This document shows, in pieces, positions 23,766 through 32,265 of a DNA stretch of 35,362 bases. This DNA comes from a virus. Position 1 is the stretch's first letter. Each line of letters opens with the position of its first letter. The stretch covers positions 1-35,362 of the IMG/VR virus record IMGVR_UViG_3300009537_000082, one strand, 5' to 3'. A program made the position numbers and the translations under genes. A model generated the notes under the pieces. It had not been told where the DNA came from, ran no database searches, and saw only the letters and a list, made by a program, of their open reading frames with translations.

Positions 23766-24623
23766 TTAGGTTTCGTCTGCTAAGATTTCAACAAGACCGT
23801 CAAGGTCACGAATAGCCGCGCCACACTTCATCATGCCGTTGCATAACCATGAAGTCTTTTGAGCAATCCAGTTCACATCGGTTGAGATGTCCATGCCGAC
23901 AGCTAAACCAACGGCGGACTTATGCCAGGCGTAGCAATGGCGAACATCACCAGTAGTAACCGTCAGGCCACCTTCGGTACGTGATTCAACAATGTGCCAA
24001 TGGAAGCCCATCCAGTAATCCAACGTGCCGGTCATTAAAGACTGTACAGAGTTGTAATCACTTGAGCCCACTTGAGTTTCCAGCAACATAGCGCTAAGGC
24101 CATCCGCAGAAACCGCAATATGGCGGTCTTGGTCGATCGGAACACCGAGATCGTTTAAGCCAGCAGAAGCAGCTACCACTTTTTCGATGTTCATGTTGGT
24201 ATCAGCGCCACCGATAGCTGCGGTCACGATAGTGCTTGGCGTGGCTGCGTCCATTGCGTCAATGATAATTTGCTCTTGACGACGATGTAAAGCCCCGGCG
24301 ATTGTTTGCGCCAGTTCTGCTTTTTCGTCAAAGTTTACTTCAGCCGCATCAAATATATCTGTGTATTCTGGAGCGTTCCAGTTACCCAAAGTTGCTGTGA
24401 TTAAGCTGTGTGAGATGTCCATGGGTGTAACATCGGCTTGTGATGGCTTTTGATTAGCCAAACCTTTACCCATAGCGCGGAATTTGTAGGTGTCACCTAC
24501 TACGTTGTTTCTAACTGTAACTGCGTTAACAATGCCGCCGTTTGTCGATCCCATAGTTTCATAGGCATGTTTTACCATATCGTCAAATTCGGTACTTGCA
24601 GCAGCTGAGAGTGTTTTGCTCAT
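23766..24623 (-). CDS. major capsid protein (HK97-fold type)
   Basis: Position after the scaffold. The pattern FDDMVKHAYE...GDTYKFRAMGKG...NWNAPEYTD is typical of podovirus major capsid proteins. Strong RBS AGGAG. Confidence 0.8.
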   Translation of the reverse strand: MSKTLSAAASTEFDDMVKHAYETMGSTNGGIVNAVTVRNNVVGDTYKFRAMGKGLANQKPSQADVTPMDISHSLITATLGNWNAPEYTDIFDAAEVNFDEKAELAQTIAGALHRRQEQIIIDAMDAATPSTIVTAAIGGADTNMNIEKVVAASAGLNDLGVPIDQDRHIAVSADGLSAMLLETQVGSSDYNSVQSLMTGTLDYWMGFHWHIVESRTEGGLTVTTGDVRHCYAWHKSAVGLAVGMDISTDVNWIAQKTSWLCNGMMKCGAAIRDLDGLVEILADET

Positions 24624-24730
24624 GCTGAATCTCCTAAAAAATAAAATATATGTTTTTTTCAGGGTATCCGAACATGATCCGGGCCTATGGGTGTATCAAG
24701 TACAGGCCGATAAGGGGTGTCTGTATAAGT

Positions 24731-24759
24731 AATTTAGCCGGTCATTAACAATAAGTCAA
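24731..24759 (-). promoter_or_regulatory. sigma70-like promoter upstream of the capsid gene (TTGACT, 17 nt, TAAATT)
   Basis: Minus-strand hexamers at 24759-24754 and 24736-24731, in the 149-nt scaffold-capsid gap. Confidence 0.4.
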
Positions 24760-24772
24760 TAACCGGCTTGAA

Positions 24773-25498
24773 TTATCCTATAATTTTGCGCGCCGGTTCT
24801 TTACCAAACAACCGTTCGTACATTTTTGTTGTTTCGTCACGGAAAGTCTTGTCTTTCGCATAACGTGGGTCGTTCATACGCTCTTTAATGTCGCTATGTG
24901 CCATACCGTGATCGACTTCGCCATTATCGGTTGGTATTTTAAGCCCTCGCGTCTTAGCGATCAGAGCTTCGATGGCTTTAACGCCTGCCGCCGTGGTCGT
25001 GGCTTCTAATATACCGTTGTACTCTTCCTCGCTCAGGTTAGCTTTTGCAAAGTCTGCGATATTAGTTAGCCGTTCTTTTGCATTACTGCCTAAAGCGGAT
25101 AGCTCAGACTCACGGTCTACCCCTACTTTACCATTCTCGTTATTGACGTACATGTGGAATAGTTCAGTAAATGCGCCTTGGTCAAGTTGTTTTTCTTTAG
25201 CCCACGTCTGGAATTGTTCCATCATAGGATCGTCAGCAATAAACTCACTGTCGATACCATCAGGTAGGGTAATCTCATACGCTTCCGGTGCGCCGGTAAA
25301 CCCTCCGAGTTTAGCTTCCAGCCCTTTATAGGCTTTGGCTTGGTCGGCTACTGACTTAAACTTGTCGCCCTTATACCATTCTGGGGCATCACCTTCGCCG
25401 TTTATCCCTTCAGCGTATGACCATACTGGGGCATCTACTGTTTCTGTTTCTTCACTAGGTGTCGATTCTGCATCGGCTAGCAAGCTTTCTTCAGCCAT
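24773..25498 (-). CDS. capsid scaffolding protein
   Basis: Acidic, helical, 241 aa, between portal and capsid genes. Contains PEWYKGDKFKSVADQAKAYKGLEAKLGG. Confidence 0.7.
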   Translation of the reverse strand: MAEESLLADAESTPSEETETVDAPVWSYAEGINGEGDAPEWYKGDKFKSVADQAKAYKGLEAKLGGFTGAPEAYEITLPDGIDSEFIADDPMMEQFQTWAKEKQLDQGAFTELFHMYVNNENGKVGVDRESELSALGSNAKERLTNIADFAKANLSEEEYNGILEATTTAAGVKAIEALIAKTRGLKIPTDNGEVDHGMAHSDIKERMNDPRYAKDKTFRDETTKMYERLFGKEPARKIIG

Positions 25499-25510
25499 GT
25501 TTATATCCTC

Positions 25511-25816
25511 TTAGGTTGTTTCACTGTTATGTATTGCGGCTAATATACAGCGAACCAAGTCATCTTGACCGCCTCGCCATACGTCCATGCGTTCTGTACC
25601 TCTTGGATCAATAGCTGGGCGCTTTATCGTCCAGTCCATTAATGTGTTTAAAACTCGCAAACCTAAAGGGGAATCGAGAAAAAGCTCTCTAAAGTCAGAA
25701 TTTATCTGCCTTATTTCCTCGTCCTGTTCTTCTCTCATCAGCCCATAATCGGGGTTGTCGAGGTCTAACGCGTCCCATCCTGTGATTGCGCTCTTTAATT
25801 CTGTAACTGTGCTCAT
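25511..25816 (-). CDS. hypothetical protein (101 aa)
   Basis: ORF track. ATGA overlap with the portal gene. Confidence 0.6.
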   Translation of the reverse strand: MSTVTELKSAITGWDALDLDNPDYGLMREEQDEEIRQINSDFRELFLDSPLGLRVLNTLMDWTIKRPAIDPRGTERMDVWRGGQDDLVRCILAAIHNSETT

Positions 25817-27330
25817 GCTCCCCCCGGTAATTGTGACTGTGCGATTAGGTTAGCTACCATTTCCATTAATGCTTGGCGACCTTCCGGCCCTTCGTCTTCA
25901 CGGATTAATGATTCAGGAACGCCGAGTAATTCGCCAAACTTCGCGGGCAGGTCTTCAACTTTAGCGCCTAACATAAATACTTGCGGCCCTAATGCCCCGC
26001 TCATTTCAACCCATCTTTGGAGGTTCTGGATTTCTTCAGCATCTTGAGCGCGCGCAAGGGGCGATTCATATCGCAGAGTAACCTCTTTACCGTCTACTTT
26101 AAATTTAGGAATCTTCCCCTTTTTTTGTAGGATATAAACGCCAATCTTAACCACTTTCTCAAGTAATTCGGTTTGTAATCGCCCAAAGGTTGAGCCGGAT
26201 ATCTCGATCAGTTCTTGCTGTCTAATACTCATTTCGGCCGCAGACTTAACGGGAGACTCAACGGGGCCTAATTGATTGCTAAATAAGGCATCATTTATGT
26301 CTTTGCGTAAATCAGCCAATATAATCTGACTCACATCAATACCATTACCTGTGTCTAAACGTCTTAGCGTGGGGTTTTCGTTGTTATTGCTTGATACTGG
26401 AATGAGGCTGTTAGGGACTAATTGAATGGTGTACGGGTTTATTGCGCCATCTGACACATGGGTATAAATTCCAGCAATGTCTATGGCTGCGCGTCTTAAT
26501 GTAAATTCTACAACCTTATTCGCCGTGAGAATGGTGGGTAATACCTGAAGGATAGGGCCACGTCCTAGAATCTCCCCGGGCATCACTGAAGTTCTAAAGA
26601 CAATCCAGGGACTCACATCATCCTCACGCTCAACAATAAGCTCCATGCCTTTCTTAATCATGACCTTATAGTCGTATTTCTTGGTTTCGCTGTTATAAAT
26701 CGTACCTTCAATAATTTTATGCTTGGCATCAGGCTTAGATTTTAGGTCGTTTTCAATAGAAGGGGGGATTTTGGCATCAGGCCATTTTCTTAATATTAAT
26801 CGAGCGGGTACATCCCATTCACGGAATACAGTTTCAATAGTCCCGTCCGGGCCTTCTTCTGGCACAAGCTGAGACATTGGAATAGCGACTATATCGAAGG
26901 GCTGTTCGTCATCTCCCTCCTGAAAGAGTAGCGCGCCGGTTGAGATGCCACTCTCAAGCATGGCTTCATGTGTCTGTGTGCCGAGGGCTGAGTGATTAAA
27001 CGCGGTAAATAAGACATTGGTGGCCTTTTCCAGCCCTTCTTTTACTTCATCCTTGTCTTCTTCTGATATTTCCTGACCGGGTGCGAGTTTAGCCCACTTA
27101 CGCCATGGTGGCATGAGGCGAGCTTGCATGCGTGACGCATAAGTCTGGAGTCCGTTGGTTGCGGTGGAGTCATAGACCTCCTGATTCTTTTTCTGCCCTT
27201 CACGCTGGTTTTGATAAAACTCTTCACGCTGGGGTAATGCGTATTGATAGGCTTGTTGCAAGGTATCTATCCATAACCCTTTGCGGCCATTAGCGGAATT
27301 AAACCGCTTTAACATCTCTGCCCCTGTCAT
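25813..27330 (-). CDS. portal (head-to-tail connector) protein, T7 gp8-like
   Basis: Segments GLQTYASRMQARLMPPW, GEILGRGPILQVLPTI and AEMSIRQQELIEISGSTFGRLQTELL parallel T7 gp8 blocks. Confidence 0.8.
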   Translation of the reverse strand: MTGAEMLKRFNSANGRKGLWIDTLQQAYQYALPQREEFYQNQREGQKKNQEVYDSTATNGLQTYASRMQARLMPPWRKWAKLAPGQEISEEDKDEVKEGLEKATNVLFTAFNHSALGTQTHEAMLESGISTGALLFQEGDDEQPFDIVAIPMSQLVPEEGPDGTIETVFREWDVPARLILRKWPDAKIPPSIENDLKSKPDAKHKIIEGTIYNSETKKYDYKVMIKKGMELIVEREDDVSPWIVFRTSVMPGEILGRGPILQVLPTILTANKVVEFTLRRAAIDIAGIYTHVSDGAINPYTIQLVPNSLIPVSSNNNENPTLRRLDTGNGIDVSQIILADLRKDINDALFSNQLGPVESPVKSAAEMSIRQQELIEISGSTFGRLQTELLEKVVKIGVYILQKKGKIPKFKVDGKEVTLRYESPLARAQDAEEIQNLQRWVEMSGALGPQVFMLGAKVEDLPAKFGELLGVPESLIREDEGPEGRQALMEMVANLIAQSQLPGGA

Positions 27331-27521
27331 CCCAGTGTGTCCTGAGTGCCCTGGACACCTGTTTCAGCGCCTGAGATTAAAGAGGCGCGGCCACGTGTTC
27401 TACGTTGTGCAGCGGCGACTTTCTTCGCTTCAATGCCTTTTAGTTTGGCAAGCTCTTCTTCTTGCCTTGCCGCAGCTTGGCGCTGTGCTTCTGTTTCTGT
27501 TGATTTACCGAACATTCCCAT
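27327..27521 (-). CDS. hypothetical basic Ala/Arg-rich protein (64 aa)
   Basis: ORF track. ATGA overlap with the portal gene. Confidence 0.5.
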   Translation of the reverse strand: MGMFGKSTETEAQRQAAARQEEELAKLKGIEAKKVAAAQRRTRGRASLISGAETGVQGTQDTLG

Positions 27522-27936
27522 GATGTGCCTCGCAATACTTAAATAATTGATAGGGAGTAATTACCCAAAAGGCACTTATGCCTAATAAAGCTTTCATTCC
27601 CTCAACGCAAGTATAAGGCGCGAACAATAAACGGACGCGGTATCTTCTTTCTCGCCATGTTTCAACATATTGGGTAGGTGAATCACCCGCTATGTCTTTA
27701 ATTCCATCATGCCAATCATAGCACAATACGTCAACATCTGTGAAACCTAGCATAAAATCCAGTTTAATCCAGAATAACCCATCAAATCTCACTGCATAGA
27801 CGTGTTTATACCCTTTTTTGAAGAAGATTGACCACCAATGAGGTTCTTTATCTTCATACACCAGATATATCCCTATCTTTGAGCGGTCTATAAGGTGCTG
27901 TGATTCTAATAAGCTATGTGGTTTTAGCTTGAACAT
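27505..27936 (-). CDS. hypothetical protein (143 aa) between terminase and portal
   Basis: ORF track. Trp/Tyr/Phe-rich. No motif recognised. Confidence 0.6.
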   Translation of the reverse strand: MFKLKPHSLLESQHLIDRSKIGIYLVYEDKEPHWWSIFFKKGYKHVYAVRFDGLFWIKLDFMLGFTDVDVLCYDWHDGIKDIAGDSPTQYVETWRERRYRVRLLFAPYTCVEGMKALLGISAFWVITPYQLFKYCEAHHGNVR

Positions 27937-29234
27937 TAAAAGATATTAAACCCGCTATTCATTACGATGGGTTGCTCATACGCTTTGTTTCTCTCGTTAT
28001 ACCCTTGAGCGAACTGCATAAATGCATCAGCTATGTCCATGGCCCAGTCATGATGAGGGGTATCCTTGTATCGCTCGTCATTATCGATGTATTTGTATCT
28101 AAAGTTGCAGAGACCTTCCCACGCCTTTTCCATTCTTTGACCTCGTGGGTCTGTGCCATGATGAAACCAGCACTCATTAAATATTTTCTGTGTCAAGCGT
28201 ATAGCCGTTTGCTTCTCCTGTATGCGGGGAACAATCGTAATGGGCTTAATCCCGAGGTCAATCATTTGTTTTCTAACATTCTTAACCATTCCCAACCTGT
28301 CTTGATCAGCATCATGCGGCATGTAGTGACGGCCATAGTTATAATCCAGTTTCTTTAGTATTTTTGCATAGTCTTCTAGTTCTTCCTGTCTGGACATATA
28401 GAAGTCAATGAATCGGTACTCTTTACCAATTCTTTGCATAAACCATATCACCGTATAATCTGATTTACCGATATCCCAGAAGGTATCCACCTCTATGCCC
28501 TTGGCAACTGGTATATTTGTTAGCCTCCCCTCTTTGCGAACATCTTGCACTTGCTTGCCGAATACAGCGCCTTCAGCAAGTAATTTCAGTTCCCCTTCCC
28601 AGATATGCAGGTACTTCTCGTAGTCCCTCTCTTTCATTTCCTCCATTTGCTTGCGTAGCACTTCAGGGAACCAAGGGTTATCCGCATAACTGGCTTTTAA
28701 TATTAGCGAATCTTCAGGGGGTTTATTAACAACAAACTTCTGGTGCATGAAGTCAAATTTGAACCGGGTATTGTAACTAGCCCATATCTCCGATCCTTCC
28801 GCCCTTATGGTGGGGTCAATAATATCAAAGGATGATTCGGACAGACTGTGGGCTTCTTCAATCCACGCAATATTAATGCCCTCTGTTGATTTAATTTCCT
28901 CGGGATTAGCTTTAACGCCAAGAAACATGAACTCAGTCCCGTTCTTACCATAAATGCCCTGCTGCTGAATATCATAGAAACCACTAAGCCCCATGTTTTC
29001 AATTTGGTCTGATAATAATTTATGTACTGATTGCTTGATTGATTTCTGTAATTCGCGAGTGCAGAGGATACGCATCGGCTTTTCAACGCCGCGTATTAAT
29101 AGTTTTCTTGAGATTGTCCAGCTTCGTGCTGCGGCTCTACCACCATAAAGGATTTTGTAACGATGAGGCTCGTCTAATGGACGGTATATTTTAGGAAACT
29201 TAACAACAACTCTATCATTCATAAGTTGTATCAA
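27936..29234 (-). CDS. terL: terminase large subunit (PBSX/Terminase_3-like)
   Basis: Walker A-like YGGRAAARS, Walker B region INIAWIEEA, and the C-terminal nuclease region DIGKSDYTVIWF...PHDAD. Confidence 0.85.
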   Translation of the reverse strand: MIQLMNDRVVVKFPKIYRPLDEPHRYKILYGGRAAARSWTISRKLLIRGVEKPMRILCTRELQKSIKQSVHKLLSDQIENMGLSGFYDIQQQGIYGKNGTEFMFLGVKANPEEIKSTEGINIAWIEEAHSLSESSFDIIDPTIRAEGSEIWASYNTRFKFDFMHQKFVVNKPPEDSLILKASYADNPWFPEVLRKQMEEMKERDYEKYLHIWEGELKLLAEGAVFGKQVQDVRKEGRLTNIPVAKGIEVDTFWDIGKSDYTVIWFMQRIGKEYRFIDFYMSRQEELEDYAKILKKLDYNYGRHYMPHDADQDRLGMVKNVRKQMIDLGIKPITIVPRIQEKQTAIRLTQKIFNECWFHHGTDPRGQRMEKAWEGLCNFRYKYIDNDERYKDTPHHDWAMDIADAFMQFAQGYNERNKAYEQPIVMNSGFNIF

Positions 29235-29496
29235 TACCCGAAGGGATTAAATCTTTGCCGTCTGCTCCTGTTAATTCAGTTATTTTTAAGTCAGGCAGAT
29301 ATTTAGAGATTAACTTTAATTTGATGTCTGCTGCGGCTTTTAACCGCTGTACATCAATAGACTCTAATGCACTAATAGGCTTTGATAAAAGTTCAGCAAT
29401 TTCAATAACATGCTCAACATGCTTTTGCTTAGATAATTGCTCTCTTAAAGCCTCCTGCCTTATTGCTCTATTCTTGTTTGCTGCTGTGGTTGCCAT
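29215..29496 (-). CDS. putative terminase small subunit
   Basis: 93-aa helical protein immediately upstream of and overlapping terL. The motif KAAADIKLKLISKYLPDLK resembles small terminases of some podoviruses, by eye. Confidence 0.5.
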   Translation of the reverse strand: MATTAANKNRAIRQEALREQLSKQKHVEHVIEIAELLSKPISALESIDVQRLKAAADIKLKLISKYLPDLKITELTGADGKDLIPSGIDTTYE

Positions 29497-29768
29497 CAGT
29501 GTAACGGCCTCAATAACATAGTCCCGTTCTTTTGTTCCCTTACTCGTATTAAGGCATTGTGTATTTTGATGGCGACAAAGGTTTCATCTGATAGTTCTGC
29601 GGCCTCTCTTTCGATGTACTCACAAATATCAGCAAACGATTGTCTACCGGCGCCTGATGTCTTCCAAAGAATAGCAAGCTCATAGAGTGCTTCAATGCCT
29701 GAATCAACGCGGTCGTCAGCTAATTGCTTAATAGCCTCGTCTATCATTTTGTTAATATCTGGTTTCAT
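29496..29768 (-). CDS. hypothetical protein (90 aa)
   Basis: ORF track. Overlapping start and stop with neighbours. Confidence 0.6.
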   Translation of the reverse strand: MKPDINKMIDEAIKQLADDRVDSGIEALYELAILWKTSGAGRQSFADICEYIEREAAELSDETFVAIKIHNALIRVREQKNGTMLLRPLH

Positions 29769-30277
29769 CTCCTTGCACCGTGATTCTCATGAAATCCATA
29801 CTCAATCTCTGCTGATTTTCTAGTGCACATAGCCTCAAATTTATCTAAGAAATAACCAAGATGAATACTTTTCCCTTTGACGGCTATTTGTGAATGCCAC
29901 TTTCCATACCTGTCATACCATCTAACGCCAACCACTCCAGATACATTGTCTTTTCTTAGAGGGACATTTTTACTATTCTCTAAAAACCCAACTTCTCTCA
30001 GGTTTTCTATTCGATTATCTATTCTGTCATGGTTAATATGATCAACCTGATCTTTCGGCCACCTTTTATGATTAAGCAGCCAAACTAAACGGTGTGTCTT
30101 ATAGTTAACACCAAACAATCTAACTACCCGGTAGTTATGTGAGTCAATAGTTCCAGACTCCCCATCCATAGGAGCATTAGATCCTCTGCTGACCCTATTA
30201 TATATTTTTCCTCCAACCTCATAAAGAAAGGCGCTTACCTCTTCATAAGTTGGTAGCTTGCTCTCTTCGTGCGCCAT
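29765..30277 (-). CDS. HNH homing endonuclease with an AP2 DNA-binding domain
   Basis: HRLVWLL...VDHINHDRIDNRIENLR (HNH_3) followed by SGVVGVRWYDRYGKWHSQIAVKGKSIHLGYF (AP2). Confidence 0.8.
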   Translation of the reverse strand: MAHEESKLPTYEEVSAFLYEVGGKIYNRVSRGSNAPMDGESGTIDSHNYRVVRLFGVNYKTHRLVWLLNHKRWPKDQVDHINHDRIDNRIENLREVGFLENSKNVPLRKDNVSGVVGVRWYDRYGKWHSQIAVKGKSIHLGYFLDKFEAMCTRKSAEIEYGFHENHGARR

Positions 30278-30493
30278 TTAAGCCACATTTTTTGTAGATG
30301 GCTGTTTGACTTTGTAGTTGTTGCCAAGACTACCGCAATACCCAATCCCGTCCAGTCGCTCGATTAAACATACCCGCTTGTCAGCTCCGTCAACCAGATC
30401 TTTGAATTTGCTTGATTTGCAGCGCGGCAATGGTTTTGTGTTCATCATGTTTGAGCAATTAACACATAATTTGTCAGCTTGTTCATTAGTCAT
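30278..30493 (-). CDS. hypothetical Cys-rich protein (71 aa)
   Basis: ORF track. Cysteines at CVNC...C...C...YC. Confidence 0.55.
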   Translation of the reverse strand: MTNEQADKLCVNCSNMMNTKPLPRCKSSKFKDLVDGADKRVCLIERLDGIGYCGSLGNNYKVKQPSTKNVA

Positions 30494-30538
30494 ATAATTT
30501 TCCTTTTTGTTAGTTTAGCATATATTTGATTATTCTAC

Positions 30539-30955
30539 TTAGTTAAAGGTTAATACATCAATCGTTAAATGTACGACCGCATCAGGATATGGCGCAAACA
30601 ATACGCTAACGGCCTTATATTTAATTACCGGCACTACAAAAGGAAGTACGTTACCCATTGAATATCCTGTTATTAGTCCGGCCTTTAGCCCTAATGTTAC
30701 CTTGCCCACCGGCCACTCGTACCCAATAGCCACATAATTAGAGGTGTTATATTCGCTGTTCTTATATCCGCCCACCTGGACATAATCGAACTGCTTGTCT
30801 TTTACGTAAGATTTAAGGGCTAACCCGTAGTTTCTTTCGTTGTAATTGGCTGCCCGGTTCTCGTGATAGCTAAATGTGTGTACTTGGATAACTGTTTCAG
30901 CCATGGCATAGAAGCAAAACCCAAAGAATAGAACTAAACCTGTTATTATTTTCAT
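30539..30955 (-). CDS. secreted or outer-membrane beta-rich protein with a Sec signal peptide
   Basis: MKIITGLVLFFGFCFYAMA/ET looks like a signal peptide. The mature part has alternating beta-strand patterns and aromatic girdle residues, and ends in F-N. It resembles small proteobacterial outer-membrane proteins, by eye. Confidence 0.6.
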   Translation of the reverse strand: MKIITGLVLFFGFCFYAMAETVIQVHTFSYHENRAANYNERNYGLALKSYVKDKQFDYVQVGGYKNSEYNTSNYVAIGYEWPVGKVTLGLKAGLITGYSMGNVLPFVVPVIKYKAVSVLFAPYPDAVVHLTIDVLTFN

Positions 30956-31245
30956 ATTGCCTCCATATCAATTAGTATTTCATCTAAAGAGCTAACAATG
31001 CGATAATGCCCTTTCCACTCACTCTCAAGCCGTTTCTGGCTCGCTTTCTTCTTTGACTCTAACACTAGCCCTGTTTTCTTACTTACCGCGCTATCGCTTT
31101 TGAGTTCGTACCATAACGTCTTTCCGTTGTATCCAATTAAAAAATCATCGTGGCCTAGCTCTACACTAACGCCTAGTTTTCGTAATGCTTTGACTATTTC
31201 ATTCTGGTTCAAATCACAGTTAGCGGCATATTTAGGTTTACCCAT
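30952..31245 (-). CDS. PD-(D/E)xK nuclease (VRR-NUC / Holliday-junction-resolvase-like)
   Basis: DLNQNEIVKALRKLGVSV...DDFLIGYNGKTLWYELK gives D...ExK. ATG 31245 is preceded by CAGAAGATA and overlaps the upstream TAA. The track start is 31281. Confidence 0.6.
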   Translation of the reverse strand: MGKPKYAANCDLNQNEIVKALRKLGVSVELGHDDFLIGYNGKTLWYELKSDSAVSKKTGLVLESKKKASQKRLESEWKGHYRIVSSLDEILIDMEAI

Positions 31246-31469
31246 TATCTTCTGCCCCTTCTCTTCTTTGGTCGCCTGCAAACTTCACAGCGACATTCTC
31301 CTTTATCGGGCAGCTTACCAACTGAAGACTCACCTTTCGACAACCTAAATTCACCTGTAAAGCCAATTTCATCTCTTAATCTGACAACATCGGCAATAAA
31401 TTCCCGGTCGAACATGGGGTATATTTTGAGTATTGCGGTTATCTTTTCATCCAGAGTCTTAAAGTTCAT
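31245..31469 (-). CDS. hypothetical protein (74 aa from ATG 31469), basic C-terminus with CxC..C
   Basis: Track ORF 31245..31487 starts at GTG. ATG 31469 lies 2 nt after the upstream stop. Confidence 0.5.
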   Translation of the reverse strand: MNFKTLDEKITAILKIYPMFDREFIADVVRLRDEIGFTGEFRLSKGESSVGKLPDKGECRCEVCRRPKKRRGRR

Positions 31470-31471
31470 AC

Positions 31472-31756
31472 TTATAATTTCGCGCACTCATCACAGGGAC
31501 AATAAGGAGCGTGGATAAACCCTGCATATTCAGAATCAACCACAACCTTTTTGGCTTTCTTAGTGCAATGCAATTCTGCACAAGCCCATGATACAGACCA
31601 GCACCTCCATGCCAACTCAAGATTCCAATCATTATAATCACCATTATTTTTCCGATCTAAACAATTAAAGCTTTTATAGTGAGATTCAAATTCACGCCTG
31701 ACAACACGCTCATCATGTCCTTCAGTTTTTAGTCTTTCAATAGTCTTATTTGTCAT
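31472..31756 (-). CDS. hypothetical Cys/Trp-rich protein (94 aa)
   Basis: ORF track. C-terminal CPCDEC. Confidence 0.6.
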   Translation of the reverse strand: MTNKTIERLKTEGHDERVVRREFESHYKSFNCLDRKNNGDYNDWNLELAWRCWSVSWACAELHCTKKAKKVVVDSEYAGFIHAPYCPCDECAKL

Positions 31757-31920
31757 TTTGGTCGCTCCAGTCCCTTTACTATTCTTAACGTTTCAAGTTT
31801 TATCAATTTCTGTATCTTCGGCCAGCTTTTAGGTAAAACCCAGATATTCTTTTCAACATATCCGGCCTTACGTTTATTAGCTCGTCTTATTCGTTTACTT
31901 TCTGCTGCTGATTTACTCAT
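31753..31920 (-). CDS. small basic protein, paralog of 34448..34582 (candidate DNA-binding regulator)
   Basis: From ATG 31920 it reads MSKSAAESKRIRRANKRKAGYVEKNIWVLPKSWPKIQKLIK. It aligns with MKSAAELKRIQREKKRKEGFILKQLWVKPESWKKIQKFIK. Confidence 0.6.
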   Translation of the reverse strand: MSKSAAESKRIRRANKRKAGYVEKNIWVLPKSWPKIQKLIKLETLRIVKGLERPK

Positions 31921-32215
31921 CAATCCACGCTTCCCAACTACCAACGCAGTCATATTTAACCTTGTTTACTGTCACCCTGAAATCTCTACAGCTAGTAGGC
32001 CTATCCTGCCGTTCAACATAATAACCAGCCTCAATTAAAATTAGTCTGATTTCCTTTAATAGCTTTCTTTCGTTGTTCTCGACTGAAAAATCATGCGCAT
32101 AATCTAAAGCATCAACCACATCACATTCACACGTACCTATAAAATAATAGATTTCGGATTTAAGCTGCGCCGATACAGAATTATTAATTAATTGTTTAAC
32201 CTTTTCTCTATTCAT
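31913..32215 (-). CDS. hypothetical protein (100 aa), first gene after promoter 32222-32250; probably leaderless
   Basis: ORF track. The ATG lies exactly 6 nt downstream of the -10 hexamer and there is no SD. Confidence 0.65.
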   Translation of the reverse strand: MNREKVKQLINNSVSAQLKSEIYYFIGTCECDVVDALDYAHDFSVENNERKLLKEIRLILIEAGYYVERQDRPTSCRDFRVTVNKVKYDCVGSWEAWIDE

Positions 32216-32221
32216 AAGTTA

Positions 32222-32250
32222 AGTATAGCATAAGACATGTCTTATGTCAA
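32222..32250 (-). promoter_or_regulatory. near-consensus sigma70 promoter (TTGACA, 17 nt, TGcTATACT) with an 18-bp perfect palindrome in the spacer
   Basis: Minus strand reads TTGACA (32250-32245), then spacer, then TATACT (32227-32222). The palindrome CATAAGACATGTCTTATG is at 32229-32246. Confidence 0.7.
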
Positions 32251-32265
32251 GAAGTCATTTAGGGT

